Positions 45,210 through 54,107 of a stretch of 64,000 bases of DNA are shown piece after piece. The first letter of the stretch is position 1. Each line of letters opens with the position of its first letter. The notes under the pieces are model-generated. The model was not told where the DNA came from. It made no database searches and saw only the letters and a program-made list of their open reading frames with translations. The stretch spans positions 41,486 to 105,485 of the forward strand of contig JACOVG010000033.1 in the NCBI GenBank assembly GCA_016177405.1, written 5' to 3'. Source of the DNA: Candidatus Omnitrophota bacterium. Lineage in GTDB: Bacteria; Omnitrophota; Gorgyraeia; 1-14-0-20-64-10. Both the position numbers and the translations under genes were made by a program.

Positions 45210-46916
45210 ATGCGCAGACCTCTTGTTCTCCAAACGAGCCTATTTCTGCTGTGCGGGCTCCTCGCGGGAGTTGCCTGGGCGGCCCAGCGGGACATCGAGG
45301 TGGGCTCCGAGGAGGAGCGGCTAAGAAGGCCTCGAATCCTGGAAGTGCCAGAGCGGGCCGTCATCCCCGTCGAAATCCCTCCGGAGGAGCCACTCCCCGC
45401 CACCGCGGCAGACCTGCCACCTGTCCTGGTAGCCCAGGTTGTGATCGACGGAGCGACCGTCCTGCCGGAAAAGGAGGCCCGCCGGCTGACCGCCCCTGTG
45501 GAAGGCCGGACCGTTTCCCTCAAAGAGCTCCAAGAAACCACCCGCACCATCACCCGTTGGTATCGAGGCAAGGGGTACGTCACCTCCCGCGCCTTGGTTC
45601 CTGCCCAGACGGTTCAGAAGGGGAGCGTTCGCCTGCGGGTGGTGGAAGGGAAGGTGGGCCTGGTGAAGATAGAGGGAAACCGCCATTTCTCCACCGAGCT
45701 GCTTCAACGGTACCTCCGGATCCATTCCGGGGAGGTCTTCAACCTCTTCCGGGTTGAGGAAGGACTGGTCCAGCTCAATGCCCATCCGGATCGCAAAGCC
45801 AAGCTGGTCCTTACCCCTGCCAAGGAGCCGGAGACCTCGGACCTCATCCTGCAGGTGACCGACCAAGGACCCTTCCACGCCAACTACGGCGTGGATACCC
45901 TGGGAACCAAAGAGACCGGTTTGATCCGGCAGAGCTTAGGTCTGGCCCACGGAAATCTGACCGGCCATGACGACCAGCTCTTTGTGCGTGGCATCGTGAC
46001 GGAGTTTGCCGGCCTCTGGGGTGGAGCCATGAGCTACCTCCGTCCTCTGACCCCGAGAGGAGCTGCCGCCAGCCTGGAGGTGAGCGGCGTCAAGTCTTCC
46101 GTGGGAGGGGACCTGAAGAATCTGATCGCCAAGGGGAATGCCCTCACCATCAGTCCCAGCCTGATCCTGCCGTGGGTGAAGCGAGCGGCCTTCGAGCTGG
46201 AGGCGACCGCCGGTTTTGACTTCAAAAGGGTTCGGACCTTCCGTGACGAAAGGAGCAACTCCAAGGACGACCTCCGGGTTTTTCGGGTGGGGACCAACCT
46301 CCTTTCGCAAGATGTCCGGGGCAGGAGTCTCATCGTTCAGGAACTCCGAGTAGGACTTCCCAACATCCTCGGCGGTTCCCATGGGGAAGAGGTAGCCGCC
46401 AGCCGGGCTAAGGCCGGTGGTTCCTTCATCCGATGGGTGGCGAATCTGGTGAGGATTCACCGGGGGCCTTGGGGTACCACCCTTGTCTTCCGGGGCTCTG
46501 GCCAACTGACGACCGACCGGCTGGTCCCGGCGGAACAGTTCCGACTGGGCGGTTTTGACACGGTGCGCGGCTACCCCGAGGGAGAATTCCTCGCCGACGC
46601 GGGCTACCAAGCCACGGTGGAGGTGCGCGCCCCGACGGAGAAGTTTCTTCCGGCTTGGGGGGGCCAAAGCTCCCCGTGGGGACGCCTGCGCCGCTCCCTG
46701 CTGGTGGTCGGTTTCTGGGATTTTGCCGAGGGGTTTGTGCGGGACCCAGCCGCCGGGGAGGATGCCGACATGCGCCTGGCCGGGGCCGGGTGTGGCCTGC
46801 GTCTGCGCCCCACCTCGGAATCGGTCCTGCAGGCCGATTTTGGCTGGGCCTTTGGCGACCGGGATGCCGAGAAGGACCGCCCCCGAATCCACCTGATCTG
46901 CCGGATTGGATTCTAA
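45210..46916 (+). CDS. Two-partner secretion outer-membrane transporter (TpsB; ShlB/FhaC/HecB family)
   Basis: Signal peptide MRRPLVLQTSLFLLCGLLAGVAWA. POTRA region (ITRWYRGKGYVTSRA...VVEGKVGLVKIEGNRHF). VRGY loop-6 motif (FDTVRGYPEGEF). C-terminal aromatic residue. Internal Met32 chosen as the start. Confidence 0.8.
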   Translation: MRRPLVLQTSLFLLCGLLAGVAWAAQRDIEVGSEEERLRRPRILEVPERAVIPVEIPPEEPLPATAADLPPVLVAQVVIDGATVLPEKEARRLTAPVEGRTVSLKELQETTRTITRWYRGKGYVTSRALVPAQTVQKGSVRLRVVEGKVGLVKIEGNRHFSTELLQRYLRIHSGEVFNLFRVEEGLVQLNAHPDRKAKLVLTPAKEPETSDLILQVTDQGPFHANYGVDTLGTKETGLIRQSLGLAHGNLTGHDDQLFVRGIVTEFAGLWGGAMSYLRPLTPRGAAASLEVSGVKSSVGGDLKNLIAKGNALTISPSLILPWVKRAAFELEATAGFDFKRVRTFRDERSNSKDDLRVFRVGTNLLSQDVRGRSLIVQELRVGLPNILGGSHGEEVAASRAKAGGSFIRWVANLVRIHRGPWGTTLVFRGSGQLTTDRLVPAEQFRLGGFDTVRGYPEGEFLADAGYQATVEVRAPTEKFLPAWGGQSSPWGRLRRSLLVVGFWDFAEGFVRDPAAGEDADMRLAGAGCGLRLRPTSESVLQADFGWAFGDRDAEKDRPRIHLICRIGF

Positions 46917-46946
46917 GAGCTAACTTTTTCGTCGTTCAATTTCTAC

Positions 46947-46984
46947 TTGCTTTTCCATGTTTCATCGGCCATAGTTTAAGGTGA
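46947..46984 (+). promoter_or_regulatory. Promoter TTGCTT-N17-GGC-CATAGT (GCCATAsT class, copy 2) for the TpsA gene
   Basis: TTGCTT at 46947-46952 and CATAGT at 46970-46975, then TTAagGTGA. Lower-GC intergenic region. Confidence 0.5.
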
Positions 46985-47013
46985 GTCGTTTCTAGTTCCA
47001 AGTCCCTTTAATA

Positions 47014-50000
47014 GTGCGTAACAGCTCCCCGAACGCGTGGCGCCGCCATCTTCTAGGCGCGGCGGCGCTGATCTTCCTGTGGGGCGCAGGGATCGATCCT
47101 CCCCCACTCCTCGCCCTGCCTTCCGGTACCGTCGTGGAGGACGGCTCCGTCGAAATGGAGCTGGCTTCCGACGCGAATCTTCACGTGCACGTCCTTTCCG
47201 AGAAGGCGATCCTGGGGCACTCAAGCTTTGACATTACCGCCCCCGAGACGGTCGAGATCCATCACCATCTGACAACTCCCTCCGCGGCCCTCCTCTCCCG
47301 CGTCTACGGCGGGGCCGCCTCCGAGATCGCCGGCACCCTGCTTTCCAATGGTCTATTCGCTCTGGTCAACCCGGCCGGCATCCACATCGCCGATTCGGCC
47401 ACGATCGACGCGGCCAAAGGCTTTATCGCCTCAACCCTCAACATCTCCAACGCCAACTTCCTGGCTGGAAACCTTGTTTTCGAATCCTCTCCAGGCCAAC
47501 CGTCGGGGGCCGTGGTCAACGAAGGCCGAATCCTCACCTACCCCGGAGAGCTGGTGGCCCTGCTGGGTGGAGCGGTGGAGAACAAGGGCTCGATTCTGGC
47601 GGAACTGGGCTCCATCGTTCTGGCTGCCGGCGAGAAGCTCACCCTTTCCTTCGACCGGCAGGGCTGGTTCGGCGTCACGGTGGAGGAGCCCCTTTCGGAG
47701 ATCGCCACCGGACTGGACGGCAAGCCGGTTGCCGCAGCGGTGGAGCAATCGGGCACCCTCTCCGCCGCAGGCGGCCATATCCTGGTCAAGGCAGAGGCGC
47801 TCCCTGGGCTCTTTGACAAGCTGGTCAGCCTTCCGGCCGGTTTGATCGAAGCCGCCAGTGTTGTCTACCGCAACGGCCAGGTGGAGCTGGTCGGCAAGGG
47901 GGGAACCCTCTCCCACTTTGGCGCGATCCGGGCCGACGGCACCGTGGAGGCTCCACGAGCTGGCGGCATCCTGGTTGAAGCGACCCGGATCCTCCAGGGA
48001 GGCACCATCAGCGCCAATGCAGGTGAGGGGGGTGCGGCCGGCAGCATCCAGTTGATCAGCGAGGAGACTACCAGTCTCTTGGCCGGCAGCCGAATAGAGG
48101 CCAGGGCCTCCGGGGCGGTTGGAGAGGGAGGGTCCATTCGGATAACTTCCACTTTGCCAAAGGTGAGCGGTTCCCTGTTCGTTGGGCCCGGCTCGGTCGT
48201 TGATGTGAGCGGCGGCTCCGAGGCGGGAGATGCCGGTTTTATTGAGTTAAGCGCACGTAGTGTGGAACTTTGGGGCGGCCGGCTGGCGGCGCGGGCGGCC
48301 GACGGCTCCTCGGGAGGGCGCCTCCTGATCGATCCCCTGGACCTCACCTTCGATACCTCCACCCAGGATGCTCCCACCAACGAGGCCAGCGGCACGCCGG
48401 ACATCGCCTTCGATGACCCGGACACCGTCACCTCCACCACAGTGCAGATCGCCGACATCACCGGCTTTGCCGAGGCCTTCTTCCAGGCCGTCCGGGACAT
48501 TATTGTGAACGCCGCCCTGACGATGGGCAACAACAACGATCTGCGTCTGGAGGCCGGCCGGGACATTAATCTCAACGCCAACGTTCGGGTCCAGGGGGGC
48601 AGCGGCCACATGACCCTGATCGCCGATGCCGACTTCTCTGGCGACGGGGGAGCCGCCTCAGACGGGGACGGGACGATCAACCAGGCGGCGGGGGTGACGA
48701 TCCAGTCGGGTGACGGGGACGTTGTCCTCCAGACGGCCGAAGACTTCACCGTCCGGACCATCGCGGGCGGCAACGGCGGGACCGTCTCGATTACCTCCAC
48801 CGATGGGAATATTCTGGATGATGGCGACGACTCCACCCGGATCACCACCGACGAGCTTACCCTCACCGCCAACGCCTCCGGCAAGGGAGCAGGCACCTCG
48901 GATGAGCTGGACACCAACCTCAATGAGCTGACGTTCGACGTCGGCTCCGGCGGGGCCAAGGTCCGGGATTCCGGCTCCTTCACCCTGAAGGCCCCCACCG
49001 TGGCCTCCGGCGGCTCCCTGGACCTCCGATCCGATAACGATCTGACGATTGATAACAATGCGGCCGTGACGGTAAGCGGGTCAGGTACCCTTACCTTGAT
49101 CGCCGATGCCGACGCCAGCGGGGCCGGCGGCCTCACCATGAACAGCGGCTCCTCCCTCGTAAGCGGCAGCGGCAAGATCACCCTGGACGCTGGCGACAAC
49201 GTGGATCTTCGGACCGTCACCTCAGACAGCGGCGACATCGAGGCTTCCTCCGATGATGATGTCAGGGTCCGCAATAATATGACGACCGCCGGCGCCGGCA
49301 AGATCACCCTCACCGCCGACAGCAATGGAAACGGCAGCGGCACCTTTATCCAGGATAGCGGGGTTACCGTCGCAACCGGCGGCGGCGACATCGCCATCAG
49401 CGGCGCCGACGACATGACCCTGCGCACGATCAACGCCGGCGCCGGCGATCTCACGATCACCGCCGTCGGCAGCAACATCAACGATGACAACAGCAACACC
49501 ACGAAGCTCACGGCCGACAAGCTCACCCTGACCGGCAACCGGATTGGGAACACGGGCAACAACCAGATCGACACGAGCGTCAACGAGATTGACGTCACCG
49601 CTGGCGGCGACCTCCTCTTGACCAATGACAAAACCCTGCTGGTCACCAACGCCACGGCCAACGGCAGTGGCAGCGACATCACGCTGGTCACTACAAGCGG
49701 TGATCTGCTGATCAATCTCGTTTCTGCGACAGGGGACCTGGTGACGCTCACGGCGGCGGGGGCCATCACCGAATCCGGGTCGGATGCCGGGTCGGACCTT
49801 CTGGCCAGTCAGGCAGCCCTTTCGGCCGCCAGCGGGATCGGGACCTCGGGCGACTCCCTGGAGACCACCCTGACCACCCTGGCGGCCCAGACCACCTCCT
49901 CCGGAGGGGTTTTCATTTCCAATACAGGAACCCTCTCCCTGGGAACGGTCGGTTCCTTGACCGGGGTGACGGCCGCCGGCGGCGGGATCAGAATCACGGC

Positions 50001-52692
50001 CAGCTCTCCCCTGACCGTGGATAACGCGATAGCGGATGCCTCTGGCGGAACGATCGAGCTGACCGCCTCCGGCAGTGCCGCCGCCGATGACCTGACCCTG
50101 AATGCCAATGTGACCGCCTCCGGCGGAAACGGCTCGGTCAGCCTGGAGGCCGGCGACGGCATCACCCACAGCGCTGGGGTGGCGGTCTCGGCGGCCGGGG
50201 CGGGGACCATCACCTACACGGCCGGCACAGGAACCTCGGCAGGGGTGATCACGGTGAGCGGGCCCATCACGAGCCAGCAGGGGGAGGTAAAGCTGAGCGC
50301 CTCGGACGGCGTGACCCTCTCCGGGGCAGGGGCCGATGTCACCACGAGCGGCCCCTACACGGTGGATGCCGACAGCGATGACGACGCCGCCGGAACCTAC
50401 ACGCAAAACAACGCCGGCTCGGCCGTTGCCGTCACCGACAACACCGTCTCCATCACGGCTGCCGACATCGCCTTAACCGGGACCCTCGCCAGCGGTTCCG
50501 GCGACATCTCCTTTATACCCTCCACCGCCGATCGGACGATCGGGATTGCCGGAGGGGCGGGTAACTTCAGCCTGACCACCGCGGAGCTAACCACCCAGCT
50601 CTCCTCCTCCGGGACGGTGACGATTGGGGTAAACGGCGGCACCGGGGCGGTCGACCTGAATACCTTGAGTCTCTCCGGCGAGAGCTTCCATTTCACGGTG
50701 CGCGGCGGCGATATCGGTTTTGATCAGATTACCCTGGCCGCCGGGAAGATCCTCCAGCTCATCTCGACGGGGGCCATCACCGACACCAACGCCGATACGG
50801 AGAACGTGACCATTTCAGGATCCGGTTCGGTCCTGCTGGACAGCGCCCTGGGGGTGGGCTCGGACGCCGATCGAGTCGAGACCAACGTCGAGACCCTGGC
50901 CGCCCGGGCCACGACCTCCGGAGGGGTCTTCATCACCGAGGCCAATGAAGTGACGCTCGGTACCGTGGCCGGCGTCACCGGTGTCACGACGGGAGATGGT
51001 TCCATTCAGGTCACCTCCGGCGGGCAGATGACCGCCGGCTTGGTCAACGCCGAAGGGGGCGACGCCACCCTGGTGACCGAAAGCGGCGACCTCCTGGTGG
51101 GTGATGTTTCGGCCGAGAACACGATCACCCTCACCTCCGCCGGCGCCATCGAGGAGGACGGAGAGGACGACGACCCCGACCTGACCGCGGAAACCATCGA
51201 CCTAAACGCCGAGGAGGGGATCGGCTCCCAGGACACCCTGGAGCTGGCCACCACCGGCTCCACCATCTCCGCCGACACGACCGAAGGGGACATCGACCTC
51301 TCCAACGAGGCCGAGGATGGGTCCGACGTCACCCTCACCTCGCTCACCACCGAGGAAGGCAACCTCACCTTCTCCCAGACCGGCCAGGCCTCCCTCACCG
51401 TCCAGACCGCCACGACCCAGGAGGGAGAGATCAACATCACCAACGACGACGGGGACCTCACGGTGGATACCGCAACGGCAACAGGAGGAGACCTCTCCTT
51501 AACCACAGTGAACTCCGGAAATGTGAGTGTGGACGATGTTCAGGCGGACGACGATCTGACGGTTAACTCTGCTGGTTCGATCACCGAGTCGGGTGCGGAC
51601 GCGGCGGCGGATCTGACGGCCGACGATCTCGATCTTTCGGCCGAGGATGGAATTGGCAGCGCGGCGGCCCCCATTGAAACCAACGCGGATACCTGGACCC
51701 TCGAGGCGGATGAGAACGGAATCTTCTTGAGGGATTTGGGGGACGTGACCTTGCTTGACTTCCTGCTGGCCGTCAACGGCTCTCTGGACCTTCGAGCCAA
51801 TGGAACCTTGAGCTTAAGCGATCCCGTAGGGGTGACCGGGACAGGGACCCTGACCTTGGCCTCGGATGCCGATGGCAACGGCACCGGCAGCTTCACCCAG
51901 GCGGCGGGCCAGGACCTCACCTCGGAGGGAGGCACCCTCACCGTGACCGTGGGGGATGCAGACTCCGGAGGAGGCAACCTTTCGGTTCGGACGATCAACG
52001 CGGGAGCCGGCACGGTGAGCCTGATCAGCCGGGGAGGGAGCATCTTGGAAGCTGCGCCGGGTGGCTCCCTGGTGACGGGGAACACGGTCAACCTCACCGC
52101 GGATCAGAGCATCGGAAATGCCGGTTCACCGGTTCGCACCAACGCGTCGACCGCCGCCTCCCTGAACGCCCAGACCACGGCGGGCGACATCTTCCTTACG
52201 GAACTGAACGACGTTCTTCTGGGCAGCCTCACGGCGGGAGGGAACATCACCGTCACGAACCTCATCGGCAACCTGCTGGTCAACACGGTGATAGCCGGGG
52301 GAAGCGTCTCCCTCACGGCCCAAGCCGGAGACATCCTGGACAACAATGGAGACGGCCTGAACCTCAAGGCAACGGGGAGCTCCTCCCTAAGCGCCTCCGG
52401 CGTCGTTGGAACTCTCCAGGATCCGCTGGACGTTTTCGTCAACAACGGCTCCTTGAGCGTCTCGGCGGCCTCCGAGCTTCTTGGGATTTCCGTGGATGTA
52501 AGCGGCTTCCTCTCCCCCGTCGCTGCCCTGGCGGTGCCTGTGCCGGCCCCGCCCGGCTTTGTGATCTTCAACGAGCAGATCATTTTCTTCCCCGAGCTTC
52601 CCTTATCGCTCGAAGGGGATCTCATGAGCCAAATTCTCTCTTTCTTAACGCAGGTCGAGAACCAGCGCCGCCTCCAAGGCCTGGCGGTCTAA
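47014..52692 (+). CDS. TpsA-family giant exoprotein (filamentous-hemagglutinin-like, 1892 aa)
   Basis: N-terminal TPS secretion domain with LVNPAGIHI (NPNGI-type motif) and ANFLAGNLVFES. The remainder is low-complexity T/G/D/A/S-rich beta-helical repeats. Confidence 0.8.
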   Translation: MRNSSPNAWRRHLLGAAALIFLWGAGIDPPPLLALPSGTVVEDGSVEMELASDANLHVHVLSEKAILGHSSFDITAPETVEIHHHLTTPSAALLSRVYGGAASEIAGTLLSNGLFALVNPAGIHIADSATIDAAKGFIASTLNISNANFLAGNLVFESSPGQPSGAVVNEGRILTYPGELVALLGGAVENKGSILAELGSIVLAAGEKLTLSFDRQGWFGVTVEEPLSEIATGLDGKPVAAAVEQSGTLSAAGGHILVKAEALPGLFDKLVSLPAGLIEAASVVYRNGQVELVGKGGTLSHFGAIRADGTVEAPRAGGILVEATRILQGGTISANAGEGGAAGSIQLISEETTSLLAGSRIEARASGAVGEGGSIRITSTLPKVSGSLFVGPGSVVDVSGGSEAGDAGFIELSARSVELWGGRLAARAADGSSGGRLLIDPLDLTFDTSTQDAPTNEASGTPDIAFDDPDTVTSTTVQIADITGFAEAFFQAVRDIIVNAALTMGNNNDLRLEAGRDINLNANVRVQGGSGHMTLIADADFSGDGGAASDGDGTINQAAGVTIQSGDGDVVLQTAEDFTVRTIAGGNGGTVSITSTDGNILDDGDDSTRITTDELTLTANASGKGAGTSDELDTNLNELTFDVGSGGAKVRDSGSFTLKAPTVASGGSLDLRSDNDLTIDNNAAVTVSGSGTLTLIADADASGAGGLTMNSGSSLVSGSGKITLDAGDNVDLRTVTSDSGDIEASSDDDVRVRNNMTTAGAGKITLTADSNGNGSGTFIQDSGVTVATGGGDIAISGADDMTLRTINAGAGDLTITAVGSNINDDNSNTTKLTADKLTLTGNRIGNTGNNQIDTSVNEIDVTAGGDLLLTNDKTLLVTNATANGSGSDITLVTTSGDLLINLVSATGDLVTLTAAGAITESGSDAGSDLLASQAALSAASGIGTSGDSLETTLTTLAAQTTSSGGVFISNTGTLSLGTVGSLTGVTAAGGGIRITASSPLTVDNAIADASGGTIELTASGSAAADDLTLNANVTASGGNGSVSLEAGDGITHSAGVAVSAAGAGTITYTAGTGTSAGVITVSGPITSQQGEVKLSASDGVTLSGAGADVTTSGPYTVDADSDDDAAGTYTQNNAGSAVAVTDNTVSITAADIALTGTLASGSGDISFIPSTADRTIGIAGGAGNFSLTTAELTTQLSSSGTVTIGVNGGTGAVDLNTLSLSGESFHFTVRGGDIGFDQITLAAGKILQLISTGAITDTNADTENVTISGSGSVLLDSALGVGSDADRVETNVETLAARATTSGGVFITEANEVTLGTVAGVTGVTTGDGSIQVTSGGQMTAGLVNAEGGDATLVTESGDLLVGDVSAENTITLTSAGAIEEDGEDDDPDLTAETIDLNAEEGIGSQDTLELATTGSTISADTTEGDIDLSNEAEDGSDVTLTSLTTEEGNLTFSQTGQASLTVQTATTQEGEINITNDDGDLTVDTATATGGDLSLTTVNSGNVSVDDVQADDDLTVNSAGSITESGADAAADLTADDLDLSAEDGIGSAAAPIETNADTWTLEADENGIFLRDLGDVTLLDFLLAVNGSLDLRANGTLSLSDPVGVTGTGTLTLASDADGNGTGSFTQAAGQDLTSEGGTLTVTVGDADSGGGNLSVRTINAGAGTVSLISRGGSILEAAPGGSLVTGNTVNLTADQSIGNAGSPVRTNASTAASLNAQTTAGDIFLTELNDVLLGSLTAGGNITVTNLIGNLLVNTVIAGGSVSLTAQAGDILDNNGDGLNLKATGSSSLSASGVVGTLQDPLDVFVNNGSLSVSAASELLGISVDVSGFLSPVAALAVPVPAPPGFVIFNEQIIFFPELPLSLEGDLMSQILSFLTQVENQRRLQGLAV

Positions 52693-52734
52693 CCCCAGCC
52701 CAAAGTCCACTTTTACAAGATTTTTTTCCATCCC

Positions 52735-52770
52735 TTGTTTTTTCCGGTTCCGCAGGCCATACTTAGGGTG
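52735..52770 (+). promoter_or_regulatory. Promoter TTGTTT-N17-GGC-CATACT (GCCATAsT class, copy 3)
   Basis: TTGTTT at 52735-52740 and CATACT at 52758-52763, then TTAGGGTGA. A ~200-nt leader runs to the ATG at 52964. Confidence 0.5.
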
Positions 52771-52963
52771 AGGGGCAAGTTGGCAAGTGTGGTAAAGGTT
52801 CTTTAACAACACATCATAGCGGGGACCTGTCTCAAGGCACACCTGTCGTAAGGCAGGGTCGCAAAGCTAGAGGGTCCGCCAAAGTTCTCCGGCGGATAGC
52901 CAGTTGCCAGGTCAAGATTCCAGATTCAGGCCCTCGCGCTCTTAACCGCGGAGGGCCTATTTC

Positions 52964-53320
52964 ATGTCTAGGAATCTGTTGTGGAGTCTCGGGGTCTTGA
53001 GTTTGGCAGCGCTTTTCGGTTTCTTCCTCAATACCCTTGTTTCAAATACCTACGCAGAAACTTCTGTTTTCTCTTCTCTGGCAAGCCCGACCTTAGAGAC
53101 CAGGCAGCTTTCCTCTGGCGCTTCTGTCCCTGCGATGCCCGGCTTGGCTTCTCCGATTGCCTCCAGCACGCGGGGTTCTACCCGGGTGGTGGAACTGCCC
53201 AACCGGATTAGCCTGGATCGGCTTCGCCGGGAGAATTACCGCTATCCGGATCATGACTTGGCGAATCGGTTGGTGGAGGTGGCGACCGAGCGTCCGCCCC
53301 TCTTCGGATCGGATTTCTAA
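52964..53320 (+). CDS. Small secreted hypothetical protein (118 aa)
   Basis: Signal peptide MSRNLLWSLGVLSLAALFGFFLNTLVSNTYA. RBS GGAGGG lies within a hairpin (GGCCCTC...GAGGGCC). Confidence 0.45.
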   Translation: MSRNLLWSLGVLSLAALFGFFLNTLVSNTYAETSVFSSLASPTLETRQLSSGASVPAMPGLASPIASSTRGSTRVVELPNRISLDRLRRENYRYPDHDLANRLVEVATERPPLFGSDF

Positions 53321-53366
53321 CTGGGAGAGGCCTTATGGGCTGGCGCTCTCTTTATTTAAGGCGAGG

Positions 53367-54032
53367 TTAGTCGTACCGTTCGTAGTGGATTTGGCTCTTG
53401 GCGAACCCCATCTCCAGGCAGGTTTTCTCCACCGCCTGGATCATGTCCCATAGCCCGCAGATCATCAGCGCTTTCTCCGGTCCGGGCTTGACGCAGCCGG
53501 CGAGCTTGGTCTGGACGTAGCCCACCTCACCCGTCCAGGGAACCGGGAGATGGCGGGGGCGTGAGATGGTGGGGACAAAGCGAAAATTGGGACGCGCCTT
53601 CTCCAGTTCGTCCCACCTCTGGCGGTAAAGGATCTCGTCCTCGTAGCGCACCCCGAAAAGGAGGGTGATGGCGGCCGGGCACCCCTGACGAAAGAGGGTT
53701 TCGATTTGGGACCGGAAGGGGGCGATCCCGGTTCCGGTGCCCACGAAGACAAGCTCTTTCGGCAAGGTCTTGGGCAGAAGGAAGGCCCCGTAAGGCCCGT
53801 CCACGTTCACCGAAGCCCCCTGCTTCAAACCAAAGAGCCAGGGTGTCACGAGCCCCTTTTCCACGAATTTCACGACAAGCTCCACCGCCCCCTGGTCGTG
53901 CGGCGGCGAGCAGATGGAGTAGGCCCGGCGGATCAGCCCCTCGGGACCCACCGGGGCGTGCAGCATCAGGAATTGTCCCGCCCGAAAGGAAAAGGCCTTG
54001 GGGTCGTCAAGGGTGAAGCGGAAATGCTTCAC
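53367..54032 (-). CDS. FNR-like FAD/NAD(P)-binding oxidoreductase
   Basis: RAYSICS (RxYS FAD motif) and the NAD(P) motif GTGIAPF. It lies immediately downstream of nrdJ on the same strand. Confidence 0.65.
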   Translation of the reverse strand: MKHFRFTLDDPKAFSFRAGQFLMLHAPVGPEGLIRRAYSICSPPHDQGAVELVVKFVEKGLVTPWLFGLKQGASVNVDGPYGAFLLPKTLPKELVFVGTGTGIAPFRSQIETLFRQGCPAAITLLFGVRYEDEILYRQRWDELEKARPNFRFVPTISRPRHLPVPWTGEVGYVQTKLAGCVKPGPEKALMICGLWDMIQAVEKTCLEMGFAKSQIHYERYD

Positions 54033-54107
54033 CGTGGGGGTAAGCTGCCGGATCTCGGTCAGCCGGGCCGGGACAGGGGGCTTGGCGATTTTAGGGCGCG
54101 GCTTCCT

